Virus record (IMG/VR): IMGVR_UViG_3300030116_004255
Coordinates: 1-64,000 of that record
DNA length: 64,000 nucleotides
Source of the DNA: a virus
Direction: 5' to 3' (one strand)
Under the pieces are notes generated by a model. That model saw only the letters and a program-made list of their open reading frames with translations, did not search any database and had not been told where the DNA came from. The position numbers and the translations under genes were made by a program. Of the stretch, positions 59,538-64,000 are shown piece after piece; the stretch's first letter is position 1; every line of letters begins with the position of its first letter.

Positions 59538-59894
59538 ATGAGTAAAGAAATACAGGAATTGTTTGACGCTGACGACTTAGGACTAGACATAACTGGTTTT
59601 AAGTTTATGGGTAAAGTCCCAGTTGATAGCGGTTCTGTTTTAATTACTGACGGTTGTTATACAAAATATATTGAGAGTGAAAATGAAACTTTTGATAAAT
59701 GGTATGACAAATATTGTAAGACATTAGACAACAACGGTGGTCGAGGTGGAAATATGGACGACAAACTTATGTTTGCAAGTCCTACTTCTCACGGCGACGG
59801 ACATTTTCCAGTTTATAGAGTTATGGACGAGGAAAATGGGTTTAGAGGTCTGTTCGTTGATTTCTGTGATTATGGGGACGCGTTCAATGTCTAA
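59538..59894 (+). CDS. DUF4241-like protein
   Basis: GKVPVDSGSVLITDGCY...HGDGHFPVY. Confidence 0.6.
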   Translation: MSKEIQELFDADDLGLDITGFKFMGKVPVDSGSVLITDGCYTKYIESENETFDKWYDKYCKTLDNNGGRGGNMDDKLMFASPTSHGDGHFPVYRVMDEENGFRGLFVDFCDYGDAFNV

Positions 59895-60117
59895 AAACGA
59901 TTTAACCCCAGAACAAATTAAAAACATAAAGGAATTTGAGGCGAAAATTCCAGACGAAATTAAGCGACTAACAGAAAAGGTTGGGGACTTAACAGAACTT
60001 ATCAATGAGTTAAGGTGGGACAATTACAACCCAGAATACATTGAAAAAAAACAACAAGAGAGATTCGAGTTAAACCAAGAAATTGAAAAACTAAAATCTC
60101 AATATAGGTCGTCTTAG
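59887..60117 (+). CDS. Coiled-coil hypothetical protein
   Basis: Likely start MSKND overlapping the upstream gene. Confidence 0.6.
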   Translation: MSKNDLTPEQIKNIKEFEAKIPDEIKRLTEKVGDLTELINELRWDNYNPEYIEKKQQERFELNQEIEKLKSQYRSS

Positions 60118-60145
60118 TTTCTAACCACTACTAAGACACTTACGG

Positions 60146-60174
60146 AAAAGGGACTGACGCCTCAGTCCCTTTTT
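60146..60174. terminator. Intrinsic terminator
   Basis: AAAAGGGACTGA-cgcc-TCAGTCCCTTTTT. Confidence 0.85.
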
Positions 60175-60239
60175 CTTTTGTCCAAAATTTAAAGCTGTTG
60201 ATCAACTTTGAGAATTTATTATTGATTTTATTTTTATTA

Positions 60240-60315
60240 CATTAATGCTCATTTTCAATCTCGTTTTAAGGGGATCAATTTCTTTTTTAATTCATTATTG
60301 GGCATTCTCAATCCC
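60240..60315 (+). repeat. Intergenic repeat copy 3 (60240-60267) plus degenerate copy (60293-60315)
   Basis: CATTAA tgctc ATTTTCAATCTCGTTTT; CATTAT tgggc ATTCTCAATCcc. Confidence 0.88.
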
Positions 60316-60349
60316 AAAAAAAAACAACCCCAGAATTTCTGGGGCTGTC
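60316..60349 (-). terminator. Terminator of the ArdC-like gene
   Basis: CCCCAG-aattt-CTGGGG stem; the A-tract on its left is a U-tract on the minus strand. Confidence 0.75.
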
Positions 60350-60369
60350 TTTTGTTTATCGGTTATTGG

Positions 60370-61230
60370 TTAGGTTAAAGCGTCTATTATTTTATTAGCT
60401 GTATTGTAAATATTGCTTAATGAGTTCTTGAAGGTTTTTTTATCGTCCTCCTGCCAGCCTGCAATATATTTAAGGCTGTAATCGTCTGTTTTAAATCCAA
60501 AGTAATTTAAAACTATGTAAGCAACAGACTCAGCCTCCACTTCTGCAATTTCTCGGCATTCTAAATAATTAAGTTCTTTGTGCATCAACTTGTGGGCAAC
60601 TTCGTGGGCTAGCGTCTTTGTTTTTTGTAATTGACTCATATCCTTTTGAATTTGAATTAATTTCTGGGTAAAGTTTGTGAAGCCGTTGCTTGCGTCATAG
60701 TAATTGACTACACGAAGGTGCCACTGATCAGCCTCAATTAATTTCTCTTGTATAGCAGTGAATAATTCGGCACTGTCCTCCCCTTTTAACAGTTCTGGCA
60801 TATAAGGGTTTACAATCTCTATGCCGTCATCGTTTAATGGTTCAGTATCTTTTAAATCAAATACATAATAAGCCCTATAATAAATTCTTTTGTCCTCTTC
60901 CTTTTGATTCTTATCTTCGATTATTATCGGTCTAAATTGTGGAATCTTTAAAGGGGCTAGGCGTTCCTTACATTTACATTCTTTATTTTTAAAAGCTCTG
61001 CAAGTGATACAAGCAACAACGATTCTATTTTTTTCTATCCATTGTTTATAAGTTAAAACAAGCTGGGCTTCTTTGTTATAGATAAAAATTAAAAATGTAT
61101 TGTTAAATGATCGGCGTCGGTCATTGGACTTTACAAAATTTAAATAATTTAAATATTGCTGTTCGTCAATAACAATAGAATTTAATTTAGTTTCTAATTC
61201 GTCAGTAATTTTTTTAATAACTGGATTCAT
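60370..61230 (-). CDS. ArdC-like ssDNA-binding/antirestriction protein with zincin (HExxH) domain
   Basis: SFNNTFLI...TYKQW...YVFD..DT; TLAHEVAH...EVEAESVAY...YSLKYIAGW. Confidence 0.85.
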   Translation of the reverse strand: MNPVIKKITDELETKLNSIVIDEQQYLNYLNFVKSNDRRRSFNNTFLIFIYNKEAQLVLTYKQWIEKNRIVVACITCRAFKNKECKCKERLAPLKIPQFRPIIIEDKNQKEEDKRIYYRAYYVFDLKDTEPLNDDGIEIVNPYMPELLKGEDSAELFTAIQEKLIEADQWHLRVVNYYDASNGFTNFTQKLIQIQKDMSQLQKTKTLAHEVAHKLMHKELNYLECREIAEVEAESVAYIVLNYFGFKTDDYSLKYIAGWQEDDKKTFKNSLSNIYNTANKIIDALT

Positions 61231-61405
61231 TTTTTAACCTTCTTTTATTACGATACTTATTTAATTATATAAAGGTTTTTTAAATATATCTAATAAAATA
61301 AAATTTTTTCTGTTCTCTGGATCTATTTCTGAATTAGATCTGTAAAAGGTAAAGCTGACCGTGAAATTTTACTTTGATTGTTGTGTTTCTTTTTTTTTCT
61401 CATTG

Positions 61406-61433
61406 CATTAGTTCAGATTCTCAATCTCGTTTT
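61406..61433 (+). repeat. Intergenic repeat copy 4
   Basis: CATTAG ttcag ATTCTCAATCTCGTTTT. Confidence 0.9.
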
Positions 61434-61526
61434 TAAAAGGTCTTAAAAATTAATTTGTTTTAATACTTGTATTATCTCTGAAGTTGATCAATAATTATAT
61501 AAGTATCGTATAAATTAGGAGGACTT

Positions 61527-61862
61527 ATGAAGGCTTTTAGTTTAGAAAACTTAAAAGACTACATTGAGAATCACGAAAAAACTATGTCTAAAGATTATGA
61601 CATAAGTGCTGACGACATTGATAGAGTTATGAAAAATAATGTTGAAATGGATGTCAGTTGGGAAGTTGGATTCTTAAAAGGAATGGAGCATATAGTCAAG
61701 ACCTTTGACATAGAAAGTTATGAAAAAGGTAGAGAGGGCTTACAAGAGGCTTATTCTTTTGCGTTAGAGTTGTTAAGCGAAAGAGAGTTAGAGATACACA
61801 ACAAATGGTCTGATGCTGATCCAGAAGAGAGAAAGCATATTGAAGACACTTGGGAAGTGTAA
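61527..61862 (+). CDS. Hypothetical early protein
   Basis: AGGAGG RBS. Confidence 0.7.
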   Translation: MKAFSLENLKDYIENHEKTMSKDYDISADDIDRVMKNNVEMDVSWEVGFLKGMEHIVKTFDIESYEKGREGLQEAYSFALELLSERELEIHNKWSDADPEERKHIEDTWEV

Positions 61863-61863
61863 G

Positions 61864-62184
61864 ATGCCTACATTCTATATAACTGAAACAGATAAAACCA
61901 CTTACGAAATTGAAGCGTCCAGTGAAGAGGACGCTTTGAAAAAGTTTGAAGACAGTTATGATATGAAACCTAGCAACTTTGAGAGAATTGACTTTTCTAT
62001 TAAGGAAGTTGGGGCTAAAGATAACTGGGTTTATGTTTGCACAGATTGTAAAGGGACTGAAGTATATACAGATATATGGCAGAACATTAACGATGAATCA
62101 GAGTTAAGTGAGGGTGCAGGCGAAAGATATTGTCAAGATTGTGCGTCATCGTGCAAGACAGAATATATATTAGAGGAGGAATAG
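61864..62184 (+). CDS. Zinc-ribbon early protein
   Basis: YEIEASSEEDA; CTDC...CQDC. Confidence 0.65.
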   Translation: MPTFYITETDKTTYEIEASSEEDALKKFEDSYDMKPSNFERIDFSIKEVGAKDNWVYVCTDCKGTEVYTDIWQNINDESELSEGAGERYCQDCASSCKTEYILEEE

Positions 62185-62729
62185 TGAGTAGAGAGAGAAT
62201 TAGGTTAGAAATAGACCTAGATTTTAGTAGGTTATTCTCTGGTTCATTTCAGTCAGCATTTGACGAAGTGGACTTTGAAAATAGCAGTATAAAAGAAATT
62301 GGGGATTCTATATCTAGTGAAATAATATCAACAGTGCAGGACGGTCTTAAAGACTGCAATATAAAAGTTAGGTGGTTTGATACAGTATATTTTTGGAATG
62401 AGTTTAAAAATGAAGATCACTTGCAAGACTGCATTAAGGATATGCTGGAGGAATACCTAGCAGAAGTTGGGTGTAAGGAATTAGACGAAAACGAAGTCGG
62501 TATGAACAGTCGCAGGTTTGATTTGTTTGCTGAGTCATTGGGCGTAGACTTTGACAGAGATAACGCTTATGAACCGTCTAAGGATACGAGATTCATCGAA
62601 GGTCTAATGGCTTTGAATAAATCTTGTGAGTATCCAGTAATTAAAGATAAATTTAATGAAATCTTTAAATATATGGAGTCAATGGGGTTTGATATATTTG
62701 ACCAATACCAAGACTGGTTAAACGAATAA
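62184..62729 (+). CDS. Acidic hypothetical protein
   Basis: GTG start after GAGGAGG. Confidence 0.65.
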   Translation: MSRERIRLEIDLDFSRLFSGSFQSAFDEVDFENSSIKEIGDSISSEIISTVQDGLKDCNIKVRWFDTVYFWNEFKNEDHLQDCIKDMLEEYLAEVGCKELDENEVGMNSRRFDLFAESLGVDFDRDNAYEPSKDTRFIEGLMALNKSCEYPVIKDKFNEIFKYMESMGFDIFDQYQDWLNE

Positions 62730-62750
62730 CCAACACCACTTAATTAATTA

Positions 62751-62783
62751 AAGACTGGGGATCACAATCCCCAGTTTTTTTTT
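62751..62783 (+). terminator. Intrinsic terminator
   Basis: ACTGGGGAT-caca-ATCCCCAGT plus T-tract. Confidence 0.85.
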
Positions 62784-62851
62784 GGATTGAAAACGAGTCA
62801 TAATGGTTGGGATTGGGATTGTAAATCTAATATAATGGATATTTTTTATTT

Positions 62852-62960
62852 CATTAATGCAGATTCTCAATCTCGGTTTTGGATTGGATTAGGAATATAA
62901 TGGTAATGGCGTAAGTTCTTTCTTTCTGTATTTCATTATTGCTGATTTTCAATCTCGTTT
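62852..62960 (+). repeat. Intergenic repeat copies 5 (62852-62880) and 6 (62934-62960)
   Basis: CATTAA tgcag ATTCTCAATCTCGGTTTT; CATTAT tgctg ATTTTCAATCTCGTTT. Confidence 0.9.
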
Positions 62961-63069
62961 GATCAGTGCTACCGATCCAGCTACGCTACCAAAATAGATC
63001 TAAACAGCAAGACGATCAGTTCCCAGCTTTAAGACGATTTTTCCTTTCTACTGCTATTTTTAATTTGTG

Positions 63070-63097
63070 TTGCATACCGATAATCTGCAACTATAAT
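63070..63097 (+). promoter_or_regulatory. Sigma70-type early promoter
   Basis: TTGCAT-16-TATAAT, then AGAAAGGTTAG RBS. Confidence 0.65.
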
Positions 63098-63117
63098 TAA
63101 ATTTAGAAAGGTTAGAT

Positions 63118-63405
63118 ATGAACGATATTCAAAACAAAAACAAAGTTGAAGTCATTAACCCTAGAACTAACGAAGTAATGATTCTAGAAAATGACTTGCT
63201 TGATTTGGTTGAGGGAATTAATTATATCTGTGATTTTTACAGAAATAAAAAAGGCTTTGACCAAAATAAAGTTCTGGATACTTTTATCAAAGTGAGAGAG
63301 ATCGAGAGGCTAAGAGGCTTCAACACCTCTCAATCGTTTTCTATTGATAGTTTCAGTAGAGAACAAGTCTTTGAGTTAGTGACCAGAGAAATGGACAATG
63401 GGTAA
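63118..63405 (+). CDS. Hypothetical early protein
   Basis: RBS and promoter present. Confidence 0.7.
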   Translation: MNDIQNKNKVEVINPRTNEVMILENDLLDLVEGINYICDFYRNKKGFDQNKVLDTFIKVREIERLRGFNTSQSFSIDSFSREQVFELVTREMDNG

Positions 63406-63548
63406 TGAGTGACCTTTACAGAACTTATACTGTTGAGAAAACTATTACCCAGACCTGTGAGATATGTTTATCCAGCGATTACGAAATGGCTTTGGACAAA
63501 ACTGACACAGGTTTTAAACACGAGGAGTGTAATTATGGGGACGATTGA
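63405..63548 (+). CDS. 47-aa zinc-finger-like protein
   Basis: Hand translation MSDLYRTY...TCEIC...HEEC; TAATG coupling. Confidence 0.55.
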   Translation: MSDLYRTYTVEKTITQTCEICLSSDYEMALDKTDTGFKHEECNYGDD

Positions 63549-63732
63549 AGTAGACATAGAGGTCTATGATCAAATCAGTAAGGTTAGGGAATCAGGTGTC
63601 ACTAATATGCTGGACAAGAAAAGAGTTAGCGAATTAGTAAATGATAGAACTAAACAATGGATAACCGATAACCCTGAAATGTATTTATCAGGGATTATGT
63701 TAGGTTTCACTGTTATCACGGATACTACCTAA
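63535..63732 (+). CDS. DUF5049-like protein
   Basis: QISKVRESGVTNMLD motif; GAGGAG RBS before the ATG at 63535. Confidence 0.6.
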   Translation: MGTIEVDIEVYDQISKVRESGVTNMLDKKRVSELVNDRTKQWITDNPEMYLSGIMLGFTVITDTT

Positions 63733-63753
63733 CCTAGTATACGATACGAAAAG

Positions 63754-63785
63754 AAAACCCCAGACTTAAAAATCTGGGGTTTTTC
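63754..63785. terminator. Bidirectional intrinsic terminator
   Basis: AAAACCCCAGA-cttaaaaa-TCTGGGGTTTTT. Confidence 0.85.
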
Positions 63786-63875
63786 TTATTTACTGCTATC
63801 CGTTTGGGATAACCGTGTTGATTAGATCTATTTATCTTGACATTGCATAACCTCCAGTTTGTTTATTTTTTATTG

Positions 63876-63903
63876 CATTAATAGTGATTCTCAATCTCGT
63901 TTT
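63876..63903 (+). repeat. Intergenic repeat copy 7
   Basis: CATTAA tagtg ATTCTCAATCTCGTTTT. Confidence 0.9.
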
Positions 63904-64000
63904 GGATCTTGATCACTTACTACAAATAAGACTGTATGAGTTTTTTGATTTTCTTTGAATTAATTTTATTTTCTTTATATAATGGGTTTTAGTATTGGAC

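Noticed and set aside
63409-63534. N-terminal half of the 107-aa ORF in the track
   Set aside because: Better explained by a coupled 47-aa ORF (63405-63548) and a separate start at 63535 with its own RBS.
58313-63903. CRISPR array or integron attC interpretation of the 28-bp repeat
   Set aside because: Spacers are 0.9-1.4 kb and contain genes, the repeat is non-palindromic and lacks attC RYYYAAC/GTTRRRY ends, and no cas or integrase gene is in the window.
1-64000. tRNA/rRNA genes
   Set aside because: No cloverleaf or T-arm GTTCRA signature recognised in intergenic regions by eye; tRNAscan-SE would be decisive.

Overview
This window is about 64 kb of a low-GC (roughly one-third GC) tailed siphovirus-type bacteriophage genome. 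WhiB, an actinobacterial-type ferredoxin and many leaderless genes suggest a low-GC aquatic actinobacterial host (Acidimicrobiia/Actinomarinales-like; inference). Positions 1-56753 are almost entirely one minus-strand late arm. In transcription order it holds: small terminase; a DNA-methylation island (five MTases plus MetK, including a C5 MTase with an overprinted second subunit); thioredoxin; large terminase; an oversized portal; protease/scaffold; HK97 capsid; neck and WhiB; tail tube; frameshifted chaperones; tape measure; several tail fibres; a block of 2OG-Fe(II) oxygenases, paralogous DUF6065-like proteins, FkbM and Fe-S proteins; and lysis genes. Positions 57.4-64 kb form a divergent early region of ~1 kb promoter-genes-terminator cassettes. 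The best candidates for undescribed systems are (1) a 28-bp same-orientation repeat in every inter-cassette spacer of the early region, even between two convergent terminators; (2) a mirror-symmetric His/Tyr/Asn hairpin needle in a tail protein next to a putative virion-protein tailoring cluster; and (3) strong genome-wide motif bias (GTWAC apparently absent; GATC, AGGCCT and GTSAC enriched) alongside a self-supplied methylation island. Family assignments come from motif recognition only; no searches were run.
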